Below are positions 11,269 through 21,421 of a DNA stretch of 64,000 nucleotides, piece after piece. Both the position numbers and the translations under genes were made by a program. Source of the DNA: Chrysochromulina tobinii. Taxonomy: Eukaryota. Numbering within the stretch: position 1 is the stretch's first letter; every line of letters begins with the position of its first letter. The stretch spans positions 1-64,000 of the forward strand of contig JWZX01003385.1 of assembly GCA_001275005.1 (NCBI GenBank), written 5' to 3'. The notes beneath the pieces were generated by a model, which saw only the letters and a program-made list of their open reading frames with translations, ran no database searches and was not told the origin of the DNA.

Positions 11269-12329
11269 ATGCCGCCCGATCCTGAGTACGGCACCTCCGA
11301 CTACTGGGAGAGGCGGTATGCTGAGCGCGTGGACGAGCAGACCTTCGAGTGGTATGGCAGCTTCGTCGCCCTCGAGGACGCGATCGTCGCCGCGTTGCCC
11401 TCGACCAAGGCTCTCATCCTGCACGTCGGCAACGGCAACAGCGCGCTGCCCGAGCGGCTCTGGGCGTGCGGGTACACGTGGCAGCACGCGAGTGACATCT
11501 CCCAAAGTGTACACCCAGCATGCGAGTGCTCACCACGGCGCGACTCTCGCTTTCCCCACAGGTACAAGTGGCAGCACGCGAGTGACATCTCGCCCACGGT
11601 GATTTCTCGTATGGCCGAGCGGACGAGGGACTGCGAGGGACTGCACTGGGCAGTGGAGGACGCGACTTGCATGCCGCACGCCATGGAGACGTTCGACGCC
11701 ATCATCGATAAGGGCACGTACGATGCGCTCGCGACCGGATCGTACCGCGAGAGGGCGTTGGTCTCCGAGGCGAGCTTGCATGCAGATTGCGACTGATGAG
11801 CACTGATGGCCTCCCTCATCAGGCGTGGCGGGTGCTCCGAGGCGAGCTTGCATGCTGATTGCGAGTGATGAGCACTGATGGCCTCCCTCATCAGGCGTGG
11901 CGGGTGCTCCGAGGCGAGCTTGCATGCAGATTGCGACTCATGAGCACTGATGGCCTCCCTCATCAGGCGTGGCGGGTGCTCCGAGGCGAGCTTGCATGCT
12001 GATTGCGACTGATGAGCACTGATGGCCTCCCTCATCAGGCGTGGCGGGTGCTCCGGACGGGTGGCGTATACATCCTGATCTCATCACTCGAGTCGACGGA
12101 GCTAGCCCTCGGTCCGCCTGCGTGGAGGCAAGGCGAGTGGCACGTGTCCAAGAGCAGAGTCGAGACGGGCATGGGGCGCAGGTGCTTCGTCTTTCGCGCC
12201 ATCAAGCGTCAAGGTACCACCGACGCGAGCTTGCATGCTGATTGCGACTGATGAGCACTGATGGCCTGTTCCATCAAGCGTCAAGGCACCACCGACGCGC
12301 AGCGAGAACAGGAAGTCAGCGCCACATAG
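11269..12329 (+). CDS. Class I SAM-dependent methyltransferase (METTL13 N-terminal / EEF1AKMT4-like)
   Basis: YGTSDYWERRY, FEWY, ILHVGNGNS, FDAIIDKGTYDAL, AWRVLRTGGVYILIS; introns 11472-11561, 11770-12038 (GC-AG) and 12214-12285; TAG 12327-12329. Confidence 0.85.
11770..12054 (+). repeat. 4 x 72 bp tandem array of (53-nt GC-AG intron + 19-nt exon-like piece)
   Basis: Unit gcgagcttgcatgc(a/t)gattgcgactgatgagcactgatggcctccctcatcag-gcgtggcgggtgctccgag starting at 11770, 11842, 11914, 11986. Confidence 0.92.
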
Positions 12330-12896
12330 AGCGATCCATTTTTGGAGTCGGGTTTGGGGCACGCGCTGTGTTGGCTGCGTGGCAGGCTGCTGCGGGCCGC
12401 TGCGGACGCCGCCGACGCCGAAACCGACGACGAAACCGACGAAGCTGACGAAACCGACGAAGCTGACGAAACTATGCGGGCTGCTGCAGACGCCGCCGAC
12501 GAGCCCTCGGAAGAGCAGTCGGAGCAGTTAGAACGCCTCCAAGCAGAGAGCCCTCACGCGGAGCGCCGTCACGAGCGCGTGGAGCGCCGTCACGAGCACG
12601 CGGAGCGATGGTTCAAGGAGGCGCGCACGGCGCGGCTTGCGGCCGAAGAGGTGCTGCGCACGGCGAACGAAGTGCTCGTCGCCAAGCTGAGCGAAGCCGC
12701 CGCCGGCGCCGCTGGCTGCCGCATGTCGGTAGTTGACAGTGGAATCCTCGGCTCTGCAAGTCTCCCCGTCACGTGGAAACTCTCACACTCAACAAAAGGA
12801 AAAACCTGCGGATTGAAGTGCCCAAAACGGCGGCCGGAGAAGTTTGTGGCGGCGATTTCTCCTCGCCGTCGTCTCCTCTGCGCTCGCTCGAGCAAT

Positions 12897-13550
12897 ATGC
12901 TCGCTCTCGCCGCGTTCGCTGCCGCGGCGCTACGACCTTCGGCCAGTCCGCAGCACTTCTCACGACGCGCTGCGGCTGCGATGGCCGGGCTCGGCCCCAT
13001 GCTGCTGCCATCTCAAGGTGCGCGCGCGCTCGAGGAGACCGTGCGAATGCCGGGGCTCAACGGCCCCGGCAAGAGCAAGACCTTCTTCTCCGATTTCGAG
13101 TTGAGCGCGACTGGCTTGCAGTTCAAAGATTACAAGCTCGGGGCTGGCGCCGCGCCAAAGGTCGGCGACAAGGTGAGCCTCGAGTGGACGGGCGTCACCG
13201 TAGGCTACCAGGGGCGGTACTTTGAGACGCGGAATAAGCCCAAGGGCGGGGCGTTTGCCGACGACGGTTTCCTGCAAGAGCCGCTCGCGTTCACGGTCGG
13301 GGGCGGCACGGTGATACCGGCGATCGACGAGGCGGTGCGAGGGATGGCGTTGGGCGGCATCAGGCGGATCATCGTCCCCGAGGAGATTGGGTACCCCGCT
13401 GACGGCTGGAAGAGGGTCGGCCCGAAGCCCTCGACGTTCAGCGGCCAGCGCGCGCTCGACTTTGTGCTCGCGTCCAAGGACTCGATGATGGACAAGACGC
13501 TCATGTTCGACCTGAAGCTTACAAGTGTGCGGCCGGCGGGGGTCCGCTGA
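12897..13550 (+). CDS. FKBP19: Thylakoid-lumen FKBP-type PPIase (FKBP19-like)
   Basis: Leader MLALAAFAAAAL...SRRAAAA; motifs GLQFKDYKLG, FETRNKPKGG, GGIRRIIVPEEIGYP, TFSGQRALDFVL, DKTLMFD. Confidence 0.85.
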   Translation: MLALAAFAAAALRPSASPQHFSRRAAAAMAGLGPMLLPSQGARALEETVRMPGLNGPGKSKTFFSDFELSATGLQFKDYKLGAGAAPKVGDKVSLEWTGVTVGYQGRYFETRNKPKGGAFADDGFLQEPLAFTVGGGTVIPAIDEAVRGMALGGIRRIIVPEEIGYPADGWKRVGPKPSTFSGQRALDFVLASKDSMMDKTLMFDLKLTSVRPAGVR

Positions 13551-13943
13551 CGCTGGAGAGTGGAGACACACTTGATAATGTAGGTGAGCCTTCGATAGTT
13601 CGGTCCAGCTCTGGTTTGGATATAGTTTCTCAAATACCTTGCTCGCAGTCGCGTCGCGCGTTTGAGGCCGTCGTGGCCTCTTTAGCGGAGCCGACGCCTT
13701 TCATCATTGTCGCTTTGAGACGTGAATGTACAATGTGGTGTGCGCTGGGGGGACCGCGACGAAACTGACTGACTGTCTGTGAGCGCGGGGAGACCGCGAC
13801 AAAACTGTCTGAGTGACTGACGGAATCTGTTAGCTGAAACTTGGAAAACTTGAGGAGGAAGACGTTTCATTCCGGGTCGTTTCGTTCGCACGAAGTCCGA
13901 CCGCGCGTGCGAGAGGTTCGCGCAGTCGGCCCTCGCCCCGAAG

Positions 13944-16900
13944 ATGGCGGCCTCCCCCATTTTGGTCAAGGAAGCTTTTGGGGTCAAGGTCCCGCGCCCT
14001 CGCGTGCTGCAATACTCCCCACCGTTACCCTTTGAGCGTGACAAGGCCGTGCCATTCGATACGAGCTTCTCGCCGGTTGGCATCATGGCCGACCTTGCCT
14101 CCATCCCTCCCGCGTACGGCCACAAGAACCTCCTGAAGGCGTGGGAGCACGGGGAGCATGCACGCCAGCAGCACTCGCCGCGACCTGGCTTGCCAGCCGT
14201 GCCTTCGACGCATGCGCCGCTCAAGCCCATCCGCCGCCTCGACTTTGGCGCCGACAGGCGGAGCATCGGCCTGCTGCAGGTGCGAGTGCCGTCGTCGTCA
14301 GAGGGCAGTGGTTACCCGGCGAAGCGTCCTTTCAGCCCGCCTATGCACCTCAAGCATCTCTTCGTGATGCCGCACTATTCACCGGAGCTGCGCGCCGGCG
14401 ACGCCCCGCCCTCGCCTCGCCTCTACCTGCCACCGCCAACGCCTCCCCAGTATGGCGTGCCGGTATCGAAACGCAAGCACTCGTCGCAACGGATGGCGAT
14501 TCCACACGAAGGCGGCAGCGTCGGGACCACGGGGGTGGCCTCGGCCCCACTCCTCACGGCCCACTACACGGGCAACTACACGCTCTCGTCGTCCCCTTCG
14601 CTGCCCATGCTACTGCCCTCAGGCCCGCGAAACGCCCCCAGTGGAAACGCCGCCTCCCCTCCTCCCCCCCAAGTTTCGTCACCGTATGGAGGACCCGAGC
14701 TCCCGAGGGCCGCGTGGTCCACCGGCGCCGTGGCGAGCACCGGTCGCAAGTTGACGCCCTCGTCGTCGCTGCCAGCGCTTCCACAGATCCATCCCAGAGC
14801 GCATGCCGATCCGACCCAAATTAGGCAAGACGCGTCTTCTGCTCTGGGCCGACCCAAATTAGGCAAGACGCGTGGAGAGGCTACGATGATGGCCACCGAG
14901 GCCACCGCCATGACGGAGGCGGATCTCGCCGCGATCTCGCCGCGATCTCGAGGCGATCTCGCCGCGATCCGGCTGCAGGCGGTGCGGCGGGGGCAAGTGG
15001 CGCGACGCCGCGCTGTGGTGAGCACTCGAGCGACTCAGCAGCACCTCGCCGCTGCGGCAGAGAAGTATGATCCAAATATGGGACGGCTGCCTAATATGGG
15101 ACGTCCAGCGCTGTGGGAGGCTCGAGATTCCCACAGCGTCGATGAGACCTCTGCGCGCCACCTCGCGGCCATCAAGCTGCAGGCCGCACGTCGCGGGCAC
15201 GCGCAGCGATGCAAGCTGCATGCGGCGCGCCCAGCCCTGCATGACGCGCCCGTCGCGGCGCATGCAAGTGCCCGGCACGGCGCACCGACGGCCTCCGCGA
15301 GTGTGAACGTGAGTGTGAACCCCATCGGCTGGGTGCGCGAGATGGTGGCGCCATTCGCTTGGGTGGTCTCGGATGCGCGCATTGGCCGACTGGAGCACAT
15401 GGCGGCGGGGGGGGGGCTGACCGTTGAAGAGCGTGCTGAACTCCTGGAGGCCGCGCGCACGATGCAGGCCATCCAGCGCAATGAGCGGAGCCAGGCCAGG
15501 GAGCACCGCCATCAGCCGTTGGGGGTGCCAACGGCCGCCCACGACGGCGCCCTGCTCCCGGATCGGCGTGCCAAGGGAGGCGCCCACCACGGCGCCAGCA
15601 AGGGCGCGCAGCACGGCGCGATGAAGGGAAGGAGGGAGGTGCGACGCGCCGTGGTGGGCGAACCGCCGCTGGGCGCTGCGACGGGCGCGACGACGGCGGA
15701 GGCGGCGGCGGTGCCGAAGCGGGCCGCGGACAAAGGCGCGAAGGACATCGCGGCTGCTGCTGCCCAAGACGGCGCCCAAGAGGCCAGGGTGTCCAAGGGC
15801 GCGCCCAAGACGGCGCCCAAGGCGGCGTCGGGAGCGGCGCCGAGCGCGGCGAAGGCGGCGTCCAGGGGCGCGCCCAAGACGGCGCCTCGAGGTGCGTCGG
15901 CAGCGACGGCGACGGCGGCGGCCATGGGCGCCGTCTTGGGCGCGGACGTCTCGAATGGGTTTGCAAGCAGCTTGGGACGCCACTTTTATGCCGTCAATGT
16001 GGATGCGGTCGTGGCGCATGCGGTCCACGAGGTTCTCGACTCCGTCGTGAGCTTGGGCATCGACGAGCACGCGAGCGCCGTCGCGGGCGCAGCCTTGGCG
16101 CCGAGCGTGGCGAAGCCGGCGTCCAAGGCCGCGTCCAAGACGGCGCCCAAGGCGGCGCCCAGCGCGGTGCCGAGCGCGGCGAAGCCGGCATCCCATGCCG
16201 CTCCCAAGACGGCGCCTAGAGCGGCGCCCAGCGCGGCGCCGAGCGCGGTGCCGAGCGCGGCGCCGAGTGCGGCGCCGAGTGCGGCGCCGAGTGCGGCCAA
16301 GTCGGAGGCGGAGGTGGCGGCGGAGGCGTCGGCGAAGGCGGAGCAAGAAGCGGCCGAGAAGGCCACGATCGCCATCCAAGCGCGCGTGCGCTCGAGCTTC
16401 GTCGCCAACGGCTATCGCAACGAGCTCAAAGCGCGCCGCGCGGCTGCCACGATCATGCAGGCCTCCTACCGTGGGCACACCGGCCGATCCGCAGCGGCCA
16501 AGCAGCTGCGTGTGGAGGCGCATGCGGCGGCGCTGGTACAGGCCCTCGTGCGCGGTCGCTCGGAGAGAAAGGTGCAGAAGCTCGCGGTAGCCGCCTCCGA
16601 GCCCTCCTCCGCCGAGCCCGCAGCAGCAAAGCCCGCAAAGCCCGTCATCTCCGAGTCATCTCCGAGTTTAGTCATCTCCGAGCCCACCTCCGCCGAGCCC
16701 GCAGCTGCAAAGCCCGCAAAGCCCGTCATCTCCGAGTCATCTCCGAGTTTAGTCATCTCCGAGCCCACCTCCGCCGAGCCCGCAGCTGCAAAGCCCGCAA
16801 AGCCCGTCATCTCCGAGTCATCTCCGAGTTTAGTCATCTCCGAGCCCACCGCCGTCGACCTCGTCACCCCCAAGCCCGACAGCACTGATACCACCGCCTT

Positions 16901-18971
16901 GGAGAACGCCCCTGCTGATACTACCGCCGCCAAGCTCTCCATCAGCAAGCGGGGCACCACCGCGCCCACCTCCGCCGAGCCCGTCATCGAAGCTGGCGTC
17001 GGACGACCTTCGGCGCCATCGGAGCCTTGGTGGCACCAAACCATGGTGGCAAAGGGCTTGGTGTCGCGACCGCGGAGCGCGCCACTACGCGACCCCGCCG
17101 CGCGTGAGGCGAACCTCTTGGCAGCCTCGCGCGCGTTGACGCTTCTTGATAAGATGCGATCGCAGGACGTCGCAGAGGCCAGCCGCCAGAGGCCAGTAGG
17201 CACACTGGCTGTCGAGTACGATCCATCGCCGTGCAAGTGCCAACCGAACACTGCTTCGTCCAAGGGGCTGGGAGGTTCGTCGAGCCCGACCTCCTTCGTT
17301 GTAGAAGTGCCGAGAGTGTTCGTCGTCGACATGCCGAGAGACGCCAAGCCCGCGACTATCGGCGTGGTGGAACTCGCTCGAGCAGTCCGGGACTCCAAGC
17401 CGGCGCCCAAGCCGCCGTCCAGGCCAAGCTCAGCAGTGAGCATCTCATCAAGCATCTCAGCAGCAAGCATCTATGCGCACATGAAGCACCGCGAGAACTC
17501 CTACATGGGCCTGCGCACCGAGATCTCCCTCGCGCGTGCACAAGCCGCGTTCAGCGGACGAGCACCGCCCAACTATAAGCCATGGCCTGGGCCAGCGCGG
17601 GCACGTCAGAGGCCCCCGAAGCCGGTCCAGCCACGCCCCAGCTCTGCAGTGCCACCGCGTCACGCGCGAGTTCGTCTACTTGCGTCTCATCTCTCTGACC
17701 TCGAGCGGCTCGAGACGATCCTCGATCGGACGCATGAGCGCAGCCTGAATCGACTCGAGCGTAAAGAGAAGGCACGACAGCAGATGGACGCGACCGCGCA
17801 AACGCAACCACTCCAACGGCCACTATCTTCCGGATCCGCACCATCGATCCAAGTGTCTCAGCGACCGTCTGACCCTGCAGCGACTCAGGCAGCGGATGGC
17901 GCCTTCCGTGCCGTGCGGGCCAGCCTCGACCAAAAGTTCCGCCGTGTCATCGACCTTTTCCGCGAAGTCGACGTGAACGACGACGGCGTGCTTAGCCGCG
18001 CCGAGCTCGCGGCGGTCTTCCAACGTGCGGGCCTCTCCGCGCATCACGTCGATCTGGACCTCATGTTCGCGACTCTCGACGCCAACACGGATGGAAAGGT
18101 CAGCTACGATGAGCTGCAGCGTGCGCTCCGAAAGGCACGATCGGACACCCAAGCCGCTTCAGAGGTTCGAAAGGCGCCGAAGGGCACGTCCCCACAGTCC
18201 CCACGCTCTCCGTCGCGAGCTGTTGCCGTACCGTCGCCAAAGCTGAGGCCCGTGCGCGAAGTGTACGCCACCTTTTCCGAGCTCGGCTGCGGAGCTCTAA
18301 CCAAGTCGTCGCCAACGCTCAGCTACGGCTCCTCGTGCTCCTCGCCGTCAGCACCGCACGGCCGTGGCGCCGTGTCGGTCGATGCCTTCGCAGGCTTTCG
18401 AACCAAGGCCCCAACTCAGGTGCAGAAGCACAAGGGAGAGCCTCCTGTGGAAGAGCCTCCTCTGGTTGCGCGTACAGGGAGCGTACCAGTGGTCGGACGG
18501 AAGCTCTGGGGTGCGCTCAGTGCCTCGAAACTGCAAGGGGAAGGCAATGTCACTTCAAAGTACTCGTCGATTGGCCACACGGAGACGCCGCCATGTGCGC
18601 CGCTCGCATCTTCGTATCCTGAGGCCGCGGCTGCGGCTGCAGCGGCCGAACGCCGTCGGGAGATGATGCCCGACATGGCCGTAAACGCCTTCCTGAGTGC
18701 CGCTGCTGATGCCCAGGGACGGCAGCCGGATGGTACGTCGGAGACCGCCGAGGAACGAAGGGCTAAATATGCGCGCGCCGTCGAGGACGCGATCTATTCG
18801 GAGAAGATGATGCGCGCTTGGAAGGACGATATCATCACCAAGCTTGCCGTCATTCCGGCAGACTGGGGGTCGATTGTGAAAGGCGCGCTCGCGAGGGGGG
18901 CGAGATCACCTATTGCTCAGGCAGCCAGCCCTAGCGGCAGCCGAGCGCAATCACCTTCTGCTCATAGCTGA
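13944..18971 (+). CDS. Large low-complexity protein with several IQ motifs and an EF-hand pair
   Basis: 1675-codon ORF; IQ-like LQAVRRG, LQAARRG, IQARVRS, MQASYRG, VQALVRG; EF loops DVNDDGVLSRAE and DANTDGKVSYDE. Confidence 0.75.
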   Translation: MAASPILVKEAFGVKVPRPRVLQYSPPLPFERDKAVPFDTSFSPVGIMADLASIPPAYGHKNLLKAWEHGEHARQQHSPRPGLPAVPSTHAPLKPIRRLDFGADRRSIGLLQVRVPSSSEGSGYPAKRPFSPPMHLKHLFVMPHYSPELRAGDAPPSPRLYLPPPTPPQYGVPVSKRKHSSQRMAIPHEGGSVGTTGVASAPLLTAHYTGNYTLSSSPSLPMLLPSGPRNAPSGNAASPPPPQVSSPYGGPELPRAAWSTGAVASTGRKLTPSSSLPALPQIHPRAHADPTQIRQDASSALGRPKLGKTRGEATMMATEATAMTEADLAAISPRSRGDLAAIRLQAVRRGQVARRRAVVSTRATQQHLAAAAEKYDPNMGRLPNMGRPALWEARDSHSVDETSARHLAAIKLQAARRGHAQRCKLHAARPALHDAPVAAHASARHGAPTASASVNVSVNPIGWVREMVAPFAWVVSDARIGRLEHMAAGGGLTVEERAELLEAARTMQAIQRNERSQAREHRHQPLGVPTAAHDGALLPDRRAKGGAHHGASKGAQHGAMKGRREVRRAVVGEPPLGAATGATTAEAAAVPKRAADKGAKDIAAAAAQDGAQEARVSKGAPKTAPKAASGAAPSAAKAASRGAPKTAPRGASAATATAAAMGAVLGADVSNGFASSLGRHFYAVNVDAVVAHAVHEVLDSVVSLGIDEHASAVAGAALAPSVAKPASKAASKTAPKAAPSAVPSAAKPASHAAPKTAPRAAPSAAPSAVPSAAPSAAPSAAPSAAKSEAEVAAEASAKAEQEAAEKATIAIQARVRSSFVANGYRNELKARRAAATIMQASYRGHTGRSAAAKQLRVEAHAAALVQALVRGRSERKVQKLAVAASEPSSAEPAAAKPAKPVISESSPSLVISEPTSAEPAAAKPAKPVISESSPSLVISEPTSAEPAAAKPAKPVISESSPSLVISEPTAVDLVTPKPDSTDTTALENAPADTTAAKLSISKRGTTAPTSAEPVIEAGVGRPSAPSEPWWHQTMVAKGLVSRPRSAPLRDPAAREANLLAASRALTLLDKMRSQDVAEASRQRPVGTLAVEYDPSPCKCQPNTASSKGLGGSSSPTSFVVEVPRVFVVDMPRDAKPATIGVVELARAVRDSKPAPKPPSRPSSAVSISSSISAASIYAHMKHRENSYMGLRTEISLARAQAAFSGRAPPNYKPWPGPARARQRPPKPVQPRPSSAVPPRHARVRLLASHLSDLERLETILDRTHERSLNRLERKEKARQQMDATAQTQPLQRPLSSGSAPSIQVSQRPSDPAATQAADGAFRAVRASLDQKFRRVIDLFREVDVNDDGVLSRAELAAVFQRAGLSAHHVDLDLMFATLDANTDGKVSYDELQRALRKARSDTQAASEVRKAPKGTSPQSPRSPSRAVAVPSPKLRPVREVYATFSELGCGALTKSSPTLSYGSSCSSPSAPHGRGAVSVDAFAGFRTKAPTQVQKHKGEPPVEEPPLVARTGSVPVVGRKLWGALSASKLQGEGNVTSKYSSIGHTETPPCAPLASSYPEAAAAAAAAERRREMMPDMAVNAFLSAAADAQGRQPDGTSETAEERRAKYARAVEDAIYSEKMMRAWKDDIITKLAVIPADWGSIVKGALARGARSPIAQAASPSGSRAQSPSAHS
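16597..16850 (+). repeat. 75-bp coding tandem repeat (about 3 copies)
   Basis: SEPTSAEPAAAKPAKPVISESSPSLVI repeated. Confidence 0.9.
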
Positions 18972-19455
18972 GGCAAGGGCTAAAAGGCAGCCAGCCCCTC
19001 GTGCAGCGAGTTATTTATAATGTTGATGAGTTCGCGCAGTTCGTGCGTGAACACGAGTCTCCGGACTGTCGGTCCCACGGACCTCGGGTTCGGCGCGCGA
19101 CAGACGCGCACACCCCGGCGACCCCGCCGCGCGCCCAGTCTGGTGTCTGTGAGCGGTCTGCGTCTCTGAGCGCCGTCCGCCGATGAACCGCCGATCCCGA
19201 TGGCGGATATGCACACCAATCACCATGATGCACACATTCATGGTGGTCCCGAGGCGAGTTTAAGACATGTAGGAATTTTTCCTAGGTCTCTCTTGTACAA
19301 GCATTCTGAGTGCTGGGCGAGGCCGCGCGGACGACGAGTGTGTTTGCCCGCAGCGCTCAGTACGGCGTTTGGAAACTTTTTGGCCGTAACGCACGCCACG
19401 CCCCACTTGTCCGAATCCCACCCTTTCCTAGGTCCAAAACACCGCGCGTGCAGAC

Positions 19456-21057
19456 ATGGCGGCTGTCGCTGCGAGGCTTGCGAAGCTGACTAGGAGGAGG
19501 GGTACTTCGCGTCCTGAAGGGGTCTCCTGGAATGTCTACAAGGCATTCACCAGGATCGACAGAGACGGCAGCGGCATCCTTGAATCGCACGAGATGGTGG
19601 CGTGCTTCGAGCAATTGGGTCGGGGCGTCACACAAAAGCAAGCTGATCGCTTGTGCAAAGAGTGCGGGCCGCTCGTCAATCAGAAGAAAGATCTCACGGA
19701 TGGGGATGGGAATTGTAACGCAGTCGACGTGTTTGGCTTCGCCATGCTGCAGTCAATTATCGATGAATTCAAGCCGCCCGAGCCCTTTTTGAGGCACTCT
19801 ATCATTTCTGATCTCGGTATCGTACGAGTCGACCCGGTTACAGGGTATGGTCGACCGCTGCCTTATCAAAAGGAGGTGCGCGAAGCCTACATGCACCCCA
19901 TTGTCGTGTGGTCCGTCGCGGTCGTCATCGTTGGCAATTTCGTCGTCAACATCCTGGAGAAGGAGTACGACCCCAACCCCAGGATGTTAAAGTACGAGCC
20001 CCTTTGGGACGGCTTTGACACCGCGTTCAATGCCATCTTCCTTGTTGAGCTGCTCTGGAACTTGTACGGCTTCGGCTTTGGGAAGCGCTTCTGGTACAGC
20101 GGGTGGAACGTCTTCGACTTTGTTATCACCGCGGTGGGCGTGGTCCTGTTGTCGGGCGTCTCAGGCCCCATTTCTCAACTCAAGCTGCTGCGAGCGTTCC
20201 GCGTCTTCCGCCTCTTCAAGCGGATCAAGTCGCTGAACAAGATCGTCGTCTCGCTGCTCGGGTCCGTTCCGGGCGTCGCGAACGCCTTCGTGATCCTCTT
20301 CATCTTCTTCTGCATCTACTCCATTCTCGCCGTTGAGCTCTTCCGCGACTTTGGCATCAACGGTACGTACCAGGTGGACGATCTAGGCATAGGCGAGTGG
20401 CAGCCCGAAAGGCATATTCTGGATTCGCATACGCCACGCGGCTACACCCACGGCATTGAGTACTGGGGCCTGTACTCGCGATCGATGCTGACGCTCTTCC
20501 AGATCATGACGGGCGATTCTTGGGCGGAGGGAGTAGCAAGACCGATGACGTTCGGATTGTACCAGAAAAGCACCTTCACCGTGTCCTTCTTCATGGTGAG
20601 CTTCTTCATCCTGACGAACATGGTGCTCGCCAACGTCGTCGTCGCCGTGCTGCTCGACCAGTTTGTCGCGCCGCCCCCCGCGGGCCTGAAAGACAGCGAG
20701 GTGACTGACCTCATCGTGTTCATCAAGGAAACGGTGAAAGAGGTCAGGCACGGCGAAGGAGGCGAGAAGCGTCCAGAGCCGGAAGCGGAGGCGGAGCCCA
20801 GCTCCTTGGACACAGGATCATGCCCCGAATCCCCAACGCAAACGCGTCCTGAGTTTTCGAAGGATGAGCGAGTCGCGAAGCTGGTCGAGCGTATGGAGCA
20901 GTCCCTGCTGCGCACCGAGCGCACAGACCAGTCGCTCCATCGGCTTGAGTCTAAGCTAGAGCAGCTCTTCGGACGCAAGGGAGTCATCGTCGGTGTGGGA
21001 ATTCTTCCGTCGAGCCGGCTCAACTCGACAAGGCCCCTCGATCCGCTTGAGGCATGA
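19456..21057 (+). CDS. Single-domain (1x6TM) voltage-gated cation channel, EukCat/BacNav-like, with N-terminal EF-hand
   Basis: EF loop DRDGSGILESHE; S3 WNVFDFVI; S4 LKLLRAFRVFRLFKR; pore TLFQIMTGDSWAE; S6 NVVVAVLLD; C-terminal coiled coil. Confidence 0.88.
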   Translation: MAAVAARLAKLTRRRGTSRPEGVSWNVYKAFTRIDRDGSGILESHEMVACFEQLGRGVTQKQADRLCKECGPLVNQKKDLTDGDGNCNAVDVFGFAMLQSIIDEFKPPEPFLRHSIISDLGIVRVDPVTGYGRPLPYQKEVREAYMHPIVVWSVAVVIVGNFVVNILEKEYDPNPRMLKYEPLWDGFDTAFNAIFLVELLWNLYGFGFGKRFWYSGWNVFDFVITAVGVVLLSGVSGPISQLKLLRAFRVFRLFKRIKSLNKIVVSLLGSVPGVANAFVILFIFFCIYSILAVELFRDFGINGTYQVDDLGIGEWQPERHILDSHTPRGYTHGIEYWGLYSRSMLTLFQIMTGDSWAEGVARPMTFGLYQKSTFTVSFFMVSFFILTNMVLANVVVAVLLDQFVAPPPAGLKDSEVTDLIVFIKETVKEVRHGEGGEKRPEPEAEAEPSSLDTGSCPESPTQTRPEFSKDERVAKLVERMEQSLLRTERTDQSLHRLESKLEQLFGRKGVIVGVGILPSSRLNSTRPLDPLEA

Positions 21058-21421
21058 CAAACGTGGACCGCCATACCAGAGTCGTCGAAGTTGAAGGCAA
21101 GCATTGAGCTCCGCGATGGGAGGCCACGGGCGCATCGATTGGCTTGGGCGCACGCACTGAGCGTTGATGTAGATGGCCGCGCCGGCTGCCTCCTAGACGC
21201 TTTGGGTGGTTCTGGATGCCTCAGGAGATCTGATCTTTTAGCCTGAGGACGTGGGAGCTGTGTACGGTATATGTGTGTATGAGCGGCATGTTTCTCGCCT
21301 GTGGATGCCCATCCAGTTGACTGCGCGTTGACGACGCACGCGTCGTTGATTTAAGCTGAATACAGTACACTCAACACTGAACTTGGCTAACCCAAATTGG
21401 CCCACCCGGCAAATTGACGAA

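Noticed and set aside
11770..12054. CRISPR-like appearance of regular repeat arrays (also 43209-43398)
   Set aside because: Units are identical tandem copies without unique spacers, there are no cas genes, and the context is a eukaryotic intron.
12342..12896. N-terminal 185 codons of the 402-aa ORF as part of FKBP19
   Set aside because: The targeting leader begins at ATG 12897; the upstream part is repetitive acidic text and promoter-like sequence with no support as a fusion.
15010..15283. MITE bounded by inverted cassette-A-like ends
   Set aside because: The interval contains an intact IQ motif in frame, the inverted match is imperfect, and no target duplication is evident.
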